From the human T2T-CHM13v2.0 reference genome, Homo sapiens: a DNA stretch of 64,000 bases. The position numbers and the translations under genes are program-made. Shown one piece after another: positions 43,095-55,489 of this stretch. The stretch lies in assembly GCF_009914755.1 (NCBI RefSeq), contig NC_060932.1. One strand, given 5' to 3'. Below the pieces are notes generated by a model. That model searched no databases. It saw nothing but the letters and a program-made list of their open reading frames with translations, and was not told the DNA's origin. How positions within the stretch are numbered: position 1 is the first letter of the stretch; the number at the start of each line of letters is the position of its first letter.

Positions 43095-43331
43095 TTAATA
43101 TCTCAACAGCAGGACTATTGGTATTTGGGGCTGGGTAATTCTTTGTTGTAGGGTCAATTCCATGCATTATATTAGGTTGGTGCAAAAGTAATAGGATATT
43201 TAGCAGCATTCTGAGCCTCTACCCACTAGATGCCTATAGCACCCCCTCCCTCAGTTGTTACAACTGAAAATGTCTCCATATCTTGTCAAATATCCCTTGG
43301 GTGACAAAATTTCCCCCAGTTGAGAACCATC
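43095..43331 (+). mobile_element. MER20 hAT-Charlie DNA transposon
   Basis: GGTAATTCTTTGTTGT, TTTAGCAGCAT...CCTCTACCCACTAGATGCC, AAAATGTCTCCA, CCCAGTTGAGAACCA. Confidence 0.85.
43172..43192 (+). mobile_element. MADE1/Hsmar1 TIR fragment nested in MER20
   Basis: TTAGGTTGGTGCAAAAGTAAT matches the MADE1 end, preceded by TA. Confidence 0.75.
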
Positions 43332-44456
43332 AATGTAAGGCTTTCCTGGCACAAATTGCCACATATGTGACCCCTGTAAGGCTGAGATTCCACTGGTCTC
43401 AGCTCCAGCCCTCCAACTGGCAGCCCACAATCAGCTACATATCATCTTTGGGATTAGTGTCCATAGTTCAGCCCCTGGCATGTGGATGTTCCTGGATGGC
43501 TGCCTCCACCATGGGTGGCAAGGCTGTCAACTGCAATGCTGGACGTAATTCCCAATGGAACAGAAGGTGAGAGGGGTGTGTCTCCAGTAGATGTTTTGTC
43601 CAGGTTGGGTACTATTCCTTTGAGAAGTCTCTGTCTCTGGGGCTGGAACTCTGAACCAGAGTCCAGCAATGGGCCCAATGAAGTGGGGCAAATGAGGTCA
43701 ACCCCGAGGCTCTTTTTCTAATTGGACTGCATTTCTTTGTAGAGAATAGTTTTGAAAGGATTTCATTTTATGGAATCTTACCCTAATTTCAAGCAACACA
43801 AGACATCCTCCTCAGCTGCTTTAAGAAAACTCCTCAACAGGCCAATAAAGCATTTGGGTTAATATATAGCATATATTATTTTATTGTGAAATTCCCATCC
43901 TCTTTCAACTACTCACACACACACATACTTTTTTTAACCCAAGTTCTTCTTTTCCTTTTTGAAAGGCTTAATACATGTTTGTAAATGAAAATATCTCGTC
44001 ATTAATTATAAGAAAGTACAGAAAACGTTCACAAATCTCTCAATAACTTGTTTTTCTGTAAAAGGTAAAAGGACAAGTTTATATTATATTGGTGCTCAGA
44101 ACATTTCTTTATGAAGCTTTTCCTTGGTGTTAAATGGCCTAAAGTACCATATGTTTCTTAATAAAAAGCCATGTAAAAACCTAAATTAATAAACTGAACT
44201 CAAAGAAAAGTTGCCCCAAGACGGCTCTAACTAAGCCTTTTTATGGGCTTGCCAACAATTTCAAGATTGTTTTAATGAAAAAAATTTATGTTCCTGTCTT
44301 TGTGGACCACAGCACACCAATTCCCTCCAACCCCCACCTCATTTACCCCCACCCCACTCCCCAGGCCCAGCCAATACTCCAGTGCCCTACAGAAGAGGTC
44401 ACTCATACCTTGGCAAGCAGTTCACTAGAAGGGCTGAGCCATCTGGAAGCCCCTTA

Positions 44457-44528
44457 GTGTGTGCACATGCACACACACACGCACACCCCTTGAGTGTGCA
44501 CATGCACACACACACACATGCACACGTG
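44457..44528. repeat. duplicated alternating purine-pyrimidine repeat
   Basis: GTGTGCACATGCACACACACAC occurs twice, separated by CCCCTTGA. Confidence 0.85.
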
Positions 44529-45058
44529 GCCAAGCAGCCACTTCCAAGTCGTCTCCTGCTGACATTTCCAGGCACCACACTGCTACCTCCATGCCCACTC
44601 CTTCCTCTCCTGGGGCCATATCATGCAGAGTAAGCAGAGCTGGCTCTATGGCCCAGAGACTTTTACAGGGAGAATTCCTTGGAGCCCAGCCTAAGGAACC
44701 ATCAGCATGTTTCCAGATTTCATGTTTCTCAATGTGTTGGAGGGAAGAGAGCATAGCCTTCAGACCAATATTCTTCATTCTAGATTGTGATTGCTTATTT
44801 GTTTGCTAATCTGTTACTGAAGGGTAAATTCCTTGAAAGTGGGATTGTAATTTGTTGATCAAACGTAGTGCATAGCATAATGCCTGGCTTGTCAATAGGC
44901 CTTCAATCTATACACATTAGTTTGATTACTTTCAAACTACAGTTTAGCCATGTACTGGTTATAAGTTAATAATATTTAAATGAATGAATGAAAAAGAATA
45001 TGTCAAGTAACTGCTACATGTAACTACTATGTGACAGACGTTAATAAAGGATGGTTAC

Positions 45059-45464
45059 TGTCTTAGTCCATTTTTGCTGCTATAACAAAATACCTGAGAC
45101 TGAGTAATTTATAGGGAACAGAAATTTATTTCTCACAGTTCTGGAAGCTGGGAAGTACAAGATCAAGGCACCAGCAGGCTTGGTATCTGGTGAGAGCCCA
45201 GTCTGTGCTTCCAAGATGGTGCCTTGAATGCGACATCTTCTAGGGGGGTAACAAATGCTGTCTCTTCACATTGTGGAAGGGCAGAAAGGGCAAAAGTTCC
45301 TGGCTATTTCCCTCTAGGCCTTTAATAAGGCACTAATCCCATCTATGAGGGTGGAACCCTCATGACCTAATCACCCCCAAAAGGCCCCACCTCTTGATAC
45401 TGTTGCATTGGGAGTTAAATTTCAGCATGAATTTTGTGGGGGACACAAACACTCAAACTTAGCA
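45059..45464 (-). mobile_element. MST-class MaLR solo LTR
   Basis: TGTCTTAGTCCATTTTTGCTGCTATAACAAAATACCTGAGACTGAGTAATTTATA...ACAAACACTCAAACTTAGCA. Confidence 0.85.
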
Positions 45465-46969
45465 GCCACCTGTATTTTTAATACTATTATTAATGCTACT
45501 ATGTGCACTTGAGGCAATTTACCCTCTCTAAACTTCCGCTCTTTCATCCATAAAATGTTTTATAATGCATGCTTCCTTACTAGGTTACCATGAGGAGGAT
45601 TAAGAGGTCCCTAGTAGGTGCTCAATAAAAGGTTGATTCTTCTAGTTCTCTTTTCACAGTAGAAGTAATGACCACTGTGCTCTCTGCCAACCATCTGAGT
45701 AGATCACCACAGCTCCCTTGTTCAACATTTGACATAACACTGCTATAACTCTTCAAAAGGAAGATGAAATTCCACAGCAGTCTCCTTCCCCTGTCTTATA
45801 GAGAGCAGATAGAAGGAATCACCCTGGCTTAGGAGAAATACAGGGCAAATTTATGAAAATGTCTATTATTCATACAGTCACTCTTCTTTTTTCATTTTTT
45901 CTTCTGCTGTTTTTTTTAATCTTTCTGACTCTTAATACATTTCTTTTTGCAAAATGCTAGCTTGTTTTTACACAGTTAATGAGAAAAAGAAAGCACTATT
46001 AACTCTCTAGTTTTGCAAAGACAGCAGGATATTGTTTAAGACTTGGTATCTGAGGGTGAACTTTCCTTGGAGTGGGAGTGAAAATGGAAACATTGGACTA
46101 CTGTTGGGTGTGGCGTCTCTTCCCACCTGTAACTATAACCCTAATAAAACAAGCAAAGACACCTGGGGCTTTTTTTTAATCTGTGGGAAGATTTTTGTAT
46201 CTTGGATTTTTAAAAACATTTTCATCTCTTACAGGTTTGTCATATAGAAAAAAAATGCATGTATGTGCTCTTGGCTGGTCACAGACAGACAGTCAAGATA
46301 ATGGACAGCAGTCATAAGGATGAAATTCTAGGCCTTTATAGAAAGAACATGCCAGCGATTAGAATGTTGTAATAAAAGAAAGGAGCTGGCTAGAAGGCAG
46401 TGAGCTCATCACCCCTGGAAACGTGAAAGCAAAGATTGCATAACCTGATCAGAGGTGCCACCGAAGAAAGTCTCCCTTTGAGTGGGGACTTGAACTAGAT
46501 GACGTGTAACAAAATTGTAGATTTTTTGCCCCTGTGCTTAGTATTATATAAAGTTGTTCTTATTTCTGACTTTCCATAGCTACCCAAACTGAGTGAATGT
46601 ATATACTTTTTGCTATAATCACACCTAAGGAGCTCAATATCAAGTTGGTTTCTATCTCAACAAATGCCACCTGGCCAGGATGGAAAACGTCTTTCAGACA
46701 AGGGACTTTTATAGCTAAGGCCTTATTCTCCTAGCCCCCTTGTCTTGCCTGGCCAAAGTTACCTTTTTTTCTTCTCCTTTTATCATCAGACTAGTTTTCT
46801 CCCCTCTCTGGTTTTCATCTATGTGAAAAGGTTCTGACCCTTGACTTCTCTTGACTCCAGGTCCCTGCACATGCCCTGATTTTTGTTTGTCTGCTTGGTG
46901 TCTGAATTTCTGCTTTTCCTAGATCTTAATTTATATTTGTGCCCAATTCCTAACTACCTGAAAACTCGC

Positions 46970-47180
46970 TATGATGGTTAAGTGACTGAGCTCTGCATTA
47001 GGCTGGGTTCAAATTCTGTTTCTTGCTAACTGGCACACTCTGGGAAAGTTGCTTTATTCTGGACAAGTTACTTTATTTTTCTTTATGCTTTGTTTTTCTT
47101 AACTATTAAAAAAATAATTATAGTACCTATGTAACGGAGGATTGGCACACAGTCTATGACCAATAAATGTTACCACAATT
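46970..47180 (+). mobile_element. MIR
   Basis: TGGTTAAG...GGGTTCAAATTCTG...ATAGTACCTA. Confidence 0.55.
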
Positions 47181-47326
47181 ATGATTTGATGAAGACCCCA
47201 ATTCAGCCTATATTCTCTGGTCCCAGCTTCCTAATTCTCTCAGTTATGACACATTAACCACTATCCCAATACAGACAAAATCTTAATTTAGGCTTCCCCT
47301 TGCTCAACAGAATGAATATGTTCCAG

Positions 47327-48159
47327 CTAAGTTGGTTATAAACACCGTTTCCACAAACTTAGTCCTATTTTGTCATTAAATTGCATTCTAAAATTGAAAA
47401 CACAATTTTCTCAAAAACATTTTGGACACTGTATATACTGAAGTTGGACCTCAGAATTCATAACATCTTTTAAAATGAAAAATGATAACTTACCAGCGAG
47501 ATATTGTCTATATTTGAAACAGCTGTCACAATCACACACTGTTTGCATAGTTACAATGGGGACAAGAGAGCAAGCACAAGACACATGTAGCCCCCAGATT
47601 CCATCCATCTATGAGGTACAATCTTTTAGAATGAATGTGTGACTAAATTCATGAATTTGTGAGTTTAGAAGTCTATCCAGCAAAGTGAGATCATTTGTCA
47701 GTGTTGCAAAATCACTACTCACTACTATGTTTAGCATTATTATTCTGTCTCCGGACAGCCAAGTTAAAGAGAACCAGATATCATACGGGTCCAGACAAGA
47801 GAGCCGTGGAAACGTTTTTGAGGAAACAGGCGCAGTGCATTCTTGTTAGCCATTGGCTGTTTCCTGAATATGTCCATCAATCTAAAATTCACCAGACTCC
47901 TGGAAATAGGACTTGAACCAAACCTAACTCCAAACCAATCTTCAAATAGAACTGAACCCAAATGTTAATGTTTCACTAAACCATGAACTGAAGCGACTTT
48001 CCCTGGGGAAGAAAAAAAATGCCTACTAAAGCAGTTTGATTTGAAGCCAAAACTGTATGTTTTATGAAACTATTGAACTGGGACAAAATCAGATCAAAAT
48101 ATTCCCTGAACTGAATTTAAACTAAACTAAATTTTTATTTCTTTCAAACTGAATCCCTG
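47327..48159. mobile_element. probable old hAT-type non-autonomous element (MER99-like)
   Basis: Subterminal array of (T)GAAC(C/T)(G/A)AA-like units at 47910-48155 ending TTCAAACTGAATCCCTG; left boundary uncertain. Confidence 0.4.
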
Positions 48160-48434
48160 GCTACAAATAAGGATTACTTTAGTGCATATGATATTTCATT
48201 TAATCCACATATAGCTTACATACAGCTTTTCTTAGGTAAATTCTCTTCTCAGCATCAATGTTCTTCTTTATACAAAGGTGACAATGATTACTACCTATTT
48301 CAGTAGAATTATTTAGGGTATTACATAAAATAAGCAAGTATTTCGGCTGTCATCATCATCATTACAGTCTGATCTACATTGTATTCAGCACACATGGGGT
48401 CAACTTTGGGTTTTAAGTCCTCCGATATGTTCAC

Positions 48435-48453
48435 TGGCCACCAGAGGGCAGCA
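48435..48453 (+). promoter_or_regulatory. CTCF binding motif
   Basis: TGGCCACCAGAGGGCAGCA closely matches the CTCF core consensus. Confidence 0.8.
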
Positions 48454-48514
48454 AAAAGGTAAAAACCCTTGCTGGAACTTACTGTGGAACTTGTCCTATT
48501 TATAAGGACAAGCA

Positions 48515-48750
48515 CTGAGGACTTACTATGTGCCAAGCAGTGTTCTAAGCACCTTACATATATTAACACATTTAATTCTTAAAGCAATGCATTGAGGTGA
48601 CTTCTGTTATTTGCACAGAGCAGATGAGAAAACTGAGGCAGAGAGGTGAAGAAATTTGTCCAAGATCACACAACTAGCAGGTAGCTGAGCCAAGATTTGA
48701 ACCCAGGCAATCTGGCTACAGAGCCCCCACTGTAAACCTCCAACTGCTAT
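48515..48750 (-). mobile_element. MIR
   Basis: ACTTACTATGTGCCAAGC...CAGATGAGAAAACTGAGGCAGAGAGGTGAAG...ATTTGAACCCAGGC. Confidence 0.85.
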
Positions 48751-49339
48751 CTGATATTCTGTTTAGAGGATGCTAACCCGGGAGAGGTTCAGATCCTGGC
48801 CTTGTGTGGTTCAGATCCTGGCATGGGTGGAACTGCAACCCAGGATGACCTTATAAAATCTGTCCACAGTCTAGGACCTGGAGTAAAAAGAGTCAAAACT
48901 TGAGCCAGAGGACTGTAATGTTGTCAACAGTAGTGTTATGGGATTAGTAAAGGCACAAGCATTAACCAAGTCAATGGGAGAAGGTTCAGCGAGGGGGCAG
49001 GAGATGGGATTCAGGTATAAATGTAGGAAAATGATCAGGACAGTCGCCCTTGACAAAGAAAAAAAAATTATTCTCGTGGTGGCTTAGTCCAACTGGCTCA
49101 TCCTTCTGAAGCTGCAGTATGTCCTGGGACTTAAAGAGCAAATACTAGCAAGACCACAGGGAGCTGACTCAGTTCCATTTTCACAGCCATTTCCATCTCC
49201 TATTTTTTGTTTATTTTCTTAAATGAAAAAAAAGAAGAAAAAAAAAACCTGTCATTCTGGTCAGTGTCACAGCCAAGCACCTTTCAGAATAACAGGCCAT
49301 ACTAACCTCCCAACATCTTCATTTCCCAAGCCCTCCTCA

Positions 49340-50150
49340 ACACACTCAGACTCTTTCCTCGCCACTTTACTGAAACTAACCTTACCAAGGTTACCAGTCA
49401 TCTGAAAAATGCCAAATCCAGCAGCTACTTGTGCATCTTTTCAGATGTGCCTGCAGAATTTGATATTGTCAGCCACTCTGTATTCATGAAATCCTCCTGC
49501 CTTGGTTTGAAACTCTTGATTGGCTATCCTCAATCCTGGATCTACCCCTGCTGCTTGGAAGACCATTTTTTAAAGTCTGCTTAATGACTCCTTTTTCCCA
49601 CACCTCTTGGCAAAAATAATGCAAAGGCTTCTAACTGGTCCCCCTACCGCCAATCTGGACTCTCGAATCCATCTTCAACATTGCTGCAGAGAGAACTTCT
49701 AAAATACTAACCTGATTGTGTTTCTCCTTTGCTTCAAATCATTCGATGGTTGCTGTTTCCCATTTCATGGAAGTTATTTACCATGATATTCAAGATTCCT
49801 TTTGGCTTCTTGCCTACTCTTCCATGTGGTTCTAGCAATGCACCTCCATGTGCCCTTTTTCTACTCATGCTACTCAGTCATTCAAATTCTCATAGCTTCT
49901 CAAGCCTCTTTTCCTTTGCATCTTTCAAATTTTGGCTTAATCATCTCTTTTGCCTTCTATAAAGACTTCCCCGAAATCTTATCCACAGACAGAGATGCGC
50001 CAGCACCCAGGAGGCACTGGATGGCTGTGGCTCATTCACACCATAAGCTCCCATGCCAGTCCCTGACCTCCTTGAGTAAGGGACCATGTGGGATTTGGTA
50101 TCTGCAGCACCTAACACAGACAGACACTTAATATATGTCCTAAGGAGTGA
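49340..50150 (+). mobile_element. L2 fragment
   Basis: TACTGAAACT...CCAAGGTTACCAGT, CTTCTAACTGGTC, CAGCACCTAACACAG. Confidence 0.55.
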
Positions 50151-51059
50151 ATACATTTTCTTAAGAGAAAACAGGGGAATGATGAAACTGAGATACAAGG
50201 ACAGATACATTTGTGCTTACAAAATGTGAGATGACTTGAATCAGAATTCTGACTTTGAATATATCTCATTAGTTCTTACAGATTGGAAGGACAGAGGCAA
50301 TGCTGCAAGCTATATATCATAAGTCAAGTACTAGTCATCATATTGATTTTACTTCATGAATGGGAAGGCAATGAGAATATTAATTAAAACTAAAAGGGGC
50401 AGGTCGAACAGTGGGCCCAGCTCAAGTACCAGTCCAGGCGCTGAGAGCAGCCTGCAGGATTGGCTTTTCTCTCCACCTGCCACTCAGCAGAGCAATCCCT
50501 GATAGTTCACCAAGGGGCATAAAATGTACTTTCTGGGTAACAGGGCATTTAGCATATTTGACTAGAATCATGTGGACCAGATTTTTTTGTCTGTTTGCTT
50601 TGCTTGCCAAAGGGAGTAGAATCTGCTCATTCTGCCTCACTCCTATCTCCTAACTTGGTAGTAATTTAATAGTCTGAGAAAATGTGTATGTGTAGCTTCC
50701 CCAGTTATTTAGTAAAAGTTCAGAGAAACACCACCATTGCTCTAATCTGTTGTCCTAAGCAGAGAACTGGGCTACAGCCAGAAGAGGCAGAGACACCTCA
50801 GGCAGTGCCCTTGAGGCACCTGCTCACCTGCTGAGTCAATTTTTATTTTTTGCTTTGACTCCAAGGGCTATGAGAGGGAGATAAATGTACACTTTCAGCT
50901 CTTCCCCAGTCTATTCTCTGACCATAAGATAGGCTTCTCTGATTTGGGGTGAGATGGGAATGGGAGCAAGGCAATCTTCTATTCTATTACTGTAAGTCGC
51001 CAATGCAGAGTATTTCATTCCTTCCCATGGGACTTACCCCCAGTTTCCAGTGCTGCATG

Positions 51060-51292
51060 GTGATTATGCACATGGACTTGGGGTTCAACTTTTTGGTTTC
51101 AAATCCTAGCTCTTCAAGTTATTAGTCATGTGACTTTCAGACAAGTTATTTAACCACTTGGGTCCTCAGTACTCTCAATTCTAACACAGGGATAATAACA
51201 CCTTCCTCAGAGAGTTGCTCTAATGAGAAAATGCCTGTAAAATGCTTGGCACTAAGCCTGAATCAGCACTTTGTAAATGTGAGCTGTTATTA
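51060..51292 (+). mobile_element. MIR
   Basis: CAAATCCTAGCTCT...TGTGACTTTCAGACAAGTTATTTAACC...GGGATAATAAC. Confidence 0.7.
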
Positions 51293-52329
51293 TTTAAATT
51301 CTTGGTCTAAATTCTTAGAAACTGAATTGGCTTTCAAGAAGCTCCAAAATCAGTCCAAGCTCAGTGTGCCTTCACATCTGGCCTAAAAGCATTTGGAAAC
51401 CTCAGAATGGCTGCCATGACAGTAATGGCAGAGGACCATGTCAGTTGAGGAGAAAGAGCAGATCTGCTCCCTGTGGCGGAAGGTAATCGCTCTTGCAATC
51501 ACAAGCAATTTTTGCTACTGTCAGCATTACTGAGCCAATGTTGATCTGGACGAGAAAGCTGAATCACTCTTAGTTTGTTCATATATAAGCCAATCTATCA
51601 ACAAAGTTCCAAATGCCCCCTCTTCTGAGTGATGAGGTAACAAACGAGTTGACAGGCCAGGTCATCAGGTCTGAAATCCTGCATCCCACTGCGTACTGCA
51701 TGCCCAACATCAGATCAAAGTGAAAAATAAATCATGAGAGAATTGAGCCAACTTTCCATGTGCAAGACTAAACATAATTTGATTTTTAAATTTCAGACCA
51801 AGTTCTCAGGCTTGACCACTGGAAAAATTCTTTCTGGATTTTCTTCTTTAAAGTCAGAACTAAAAATCATAGAAGAAATAAAGATGTTGTTTTCATAGCC
51901 ACTCTCTTAGGTGTAATCTCCTTCCTGTAGATGTAAAGTAGACTAGTCAACAGAGGGACACCAGTAGAGAAGAGGAGTAAGGAGAGGTTAATAAAAGCAC
52001 TTTGGAAATCTTCCCAGATTTTACAACTTCAGCTCTTTTAAAGTAATCTCTTAGGGGAGGTGCTAGAAAACCACTACAAGGGCATTTTCACTAACACAGA
52101 TCACCCAAAATGAAATGAAGAATGCATTTCAGCAACAAGAATAATAACAAACCTATGCCTTCAACCCAAGCCTCAATATCAGTGTGACCGATAGAGATGG
52201 TTCATCAGTCAAGATTCTCTCAGAAGCAGAGGGAAAGGATATATATACATACACACATGTGCAGACACAAGCGTCTCTAAATGTATCCTGTGGTTCTGCT
52301 TCTCTGAGTCCTGATCAATATATAAACTG

Positions 52330-52793
52330 ATACACACCATGACAGGGATTTGACCTGGAACTTGAAGTCCACAGGGCAGGCAGTTAGGAAGGGAAGATGA
52401 ATGTAAAGCAGGGGAGAATCCACAAGCATGAGCTAGACCTCTGCAAGGACAGACTGCACCCATGCCAGTCCTTGTCACCTCTGACTCTAGTGGTATGGAT
52501 GGCTGGGATCCTTCATTATGGAGCTAAACATGTCTACTCTCCCAGGAGTTGAAGAAGCTGAAGGAGGATCGAGGGGACTGTGAAGCAGTTGCAAGCCTAG
52601 CTACTACCTCACACCATTGAAGGGAGTCAGCCGATTAGTGACAACATGCTGAGCTATAAAATGGCGACTGCTTCACTTCCCTCCTCCAAATCTCCCACTT
52701 CCTCTTGTGGCCCACCCTTTCTGAAAACAGAAAGGGGAATTCTGGGAAGTGTAGTTCAGCTTTGCCACAATGACACTTTATGAAACCACCACA
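52330..52793 (-). mobile_element. ancient ERVL-type LTR (LTR50-like)
   Basis: GAAGTCCACAGGGCAGGCAG and GGGAATTCTGGGAAGTGTAGTTC...CACCACA end. Confidence 0.45.
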
Positions 52794-55489
52794 GGTAAAT
52801 ATTAGACCTCTTTGCCCCTTTCTGTGTAACTCCTCTTTGGGGAATGCCTTTGAGTCTAGAATGGTTTCAAAGTCCATGGAATAAAGATTATATTCTTAAT
52901 TCATCACATCAGTCACAAACTAAAAAATAATTGTTTTAATTTCAAAAGTAATTTGAATATTCAGAACTTTCAGTTGAATTCTCGAGGCCAAGAAAGACCA
53001 TTATAAAGTCTATAGGCAAAGTTAGTCTATTATATCAAGACCCCCTTAGTCCTATACATGTGCATGCACATAAACACTAATCTGTAGTCCATAAACATCA
53101 TTCCACAAGTTCTAGTTTCATGTATTTTCAATATTTGGTAAATGTTAGATCTTGGCCGGAATGTTCAGTGTGAAGTGAATCTGGCTGTCCTCGCTGTCCA
53201 CCTGAGCACCTGTGCCCTTCAGATTGAGAGATCACTTTGCCTGACCACGTCATCTGGAAAGCATCAAACCTCGGCTGCTCTTTAAAGTTATGTGTCTCTT
53301 AGTTTTATTATAACCACAGAGTATTGGGATCTTAGAGGTGAACAATACCATTTTAACTAACTCTTTAAAATAGAAACAAAAATGTAGGAAGCAATCACAT
53401 GGCAATATTAAATATTTCTTTCATTATATTTTATAATAATTCTCAAGCACCGGTAATCATAAAAGTCTTCATAATGTGTTTATTGAGACCAGTAATCAAT
53501 GCAGCATGGAATTTTCAATATAATGCAGGCAGCCCAGGTTTGATGGAACACTGCCCTTTTGCCGGAATATAAACTTGACTCTTTCTTTAAGGCATTGAGG
53601 CAGTAAAACACAAGAGAACTTCCTAATGGAAATGAGACCATTCTCATTAAATTAAATGAGAACATTTAATGTGGGTGAAAGTGATTTAAAATTCACACAC
53701 CTCCTGCAAATATGTTCTTGATTTACTTTTTAAAGAGTAAAATGGGTTTAGTAAATATTGCTAGTTATAATAAATCATAAAACATTTAAACACCGATTTG
53801 TCAAATGTAGTTTACATGAACCAGCACTTAGCATTATTTATGCCAGACTGAATGAAATGGCTGATATGTTAGCAGGGTTTTCAGCCAGTTAGGAAACATG
53901 CAGTGAGAAAAACATTGTTCTGGGTGGTATGTTGGTTATAGAAAATTACACGACACCACATTATCCCCAAAGTGCTTACCATCTGGATAGGGTACTCAAT
54001 CTTCAATACATGGCAGAATATGAGACGAGCCTGTCTACACCAGCTCCGTTTCAGTTAAACCAACCAATCAAAATTACCCATTCTTATCTAATTCCGCCCA
54101 TCACCCATAGCTGGACACCATCCATTAAGACAGCTCCAGCCCTCTAAAACTGTTGACCTGAACCTATCTCATTCCTTCTTGTGCTCTGCTTCTAATACTT
54201 AAGTTTTCAGCATGAGATGTCTTGTCTTGGATGGCTTTACAATCTCTTCTGGGACCAGCCCTGTGTTCCACTCTTTAAATATGACTGTTTCTTATAGCTT
54301 AGATACGTAGAACTTGAGTCATTCTGTAATGTCCCGATGCAATTCAATTCATACTCTGGGACTGTACCATAATGCAGGCTGATTTGACTAATGCATTGCC
54401 TGATCTGCCCCTGTTCTAACAATTTCACAGATTCATAAAGGTGCCATGGGGATTTTCATCTTTCTTCAGAAATTAAGGTAGGTCACAGAGGAAAGGAGAA
54501 CAGTATGATCAGTGGAAATTTATTCCCCTTGCATGATGATACACTGAAGTTCTCAGATGAGAGGACTTCACCAGGAGAACAGACCAGTTGCAATGTTCAA
54601 GTGCTTCCTAAAATTATAAATAATGTCTTCCTCCTTAGCATCAGCACAAATTTGTCATCGTGGGCAGAGCCTGATTTCAACTATCAATGACAAATGCCCT
54701 GGTATAGTCCCATACCTCCCAGTTATTTCATAATGAGCAGGATATATACTTTGTTTTATCTGTTACTCTTTCATCTGTTAGCTCTATTGTCGAGAACTCA
54801 AGATTGGTGATTTTCATCCAGAGACTTTATGGTAAGGGCTTGAATTCTAGGAGAGGAGTTATGTTGTAAGGAGAAGAGGTCAGATATAGTTGTAAAGTTT
54901 GAGTTGGTATGCTTAGAGTCAGGAGATATAAGAGGAAATGTATCCTCTTACATGGAGATTTAGAATTGGGGCAATACCACGTTGTTAAATCATTTTTTTC
55001 TGTTAGTGTCCTATGACTTTTTAATAGACATCAAGTCTTTTTAAAAGTATTATTCAATGATAACAGCAGGTCAGCATCTGGTTGGCCAGGATTTGCTAAA
55101 TCTGAGGGTTTAAGGTTATTTTCTACTGCGGCCTTACTCAACAGGGTGTTTTGTGGGGTAGAAAGACCCTGGAACTCTAGGAGTAGGGGAAGAGGTGCAG
55201 AACATTAAATCGTTGGAAAAAGAGGACCGAGAATCCAAGCCAGGGGAAGCCTGTTATCCAAAGGAACCCAGCCTCTGTATAAAATGTGTGCTCCACCCAT
55301 CCCCAGACCTTTGCTCTGCTATATTTTTCATTTCTTTCTCTCTGGTGGCAAATGTATAAATGATTTAACTTATAGGCTGGCCATAGGATCCCTTTTATCC
55401 AAGACTACAAATTTCAATAGGAAACTACATTAAGACCTAGGCTTGGTTACAGCCCAGTCAGACTTTCTTTCATGGTCTAGTCTTGAGGA

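Larger units (their letters stand above)
42530..43370 (+). pseudogene. possible decayed Ty3/gypsy gag zinc-knuckle and protease relic
   Basis: With one frameshift CTGTACTGTGGCCAAAATGGGGCAC reads LYCGQxGH; downstream GGGGAAGTCCC, LMNSKP and GIS..WH-like blocks follow in gypsy order. Confidence 0.3.
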
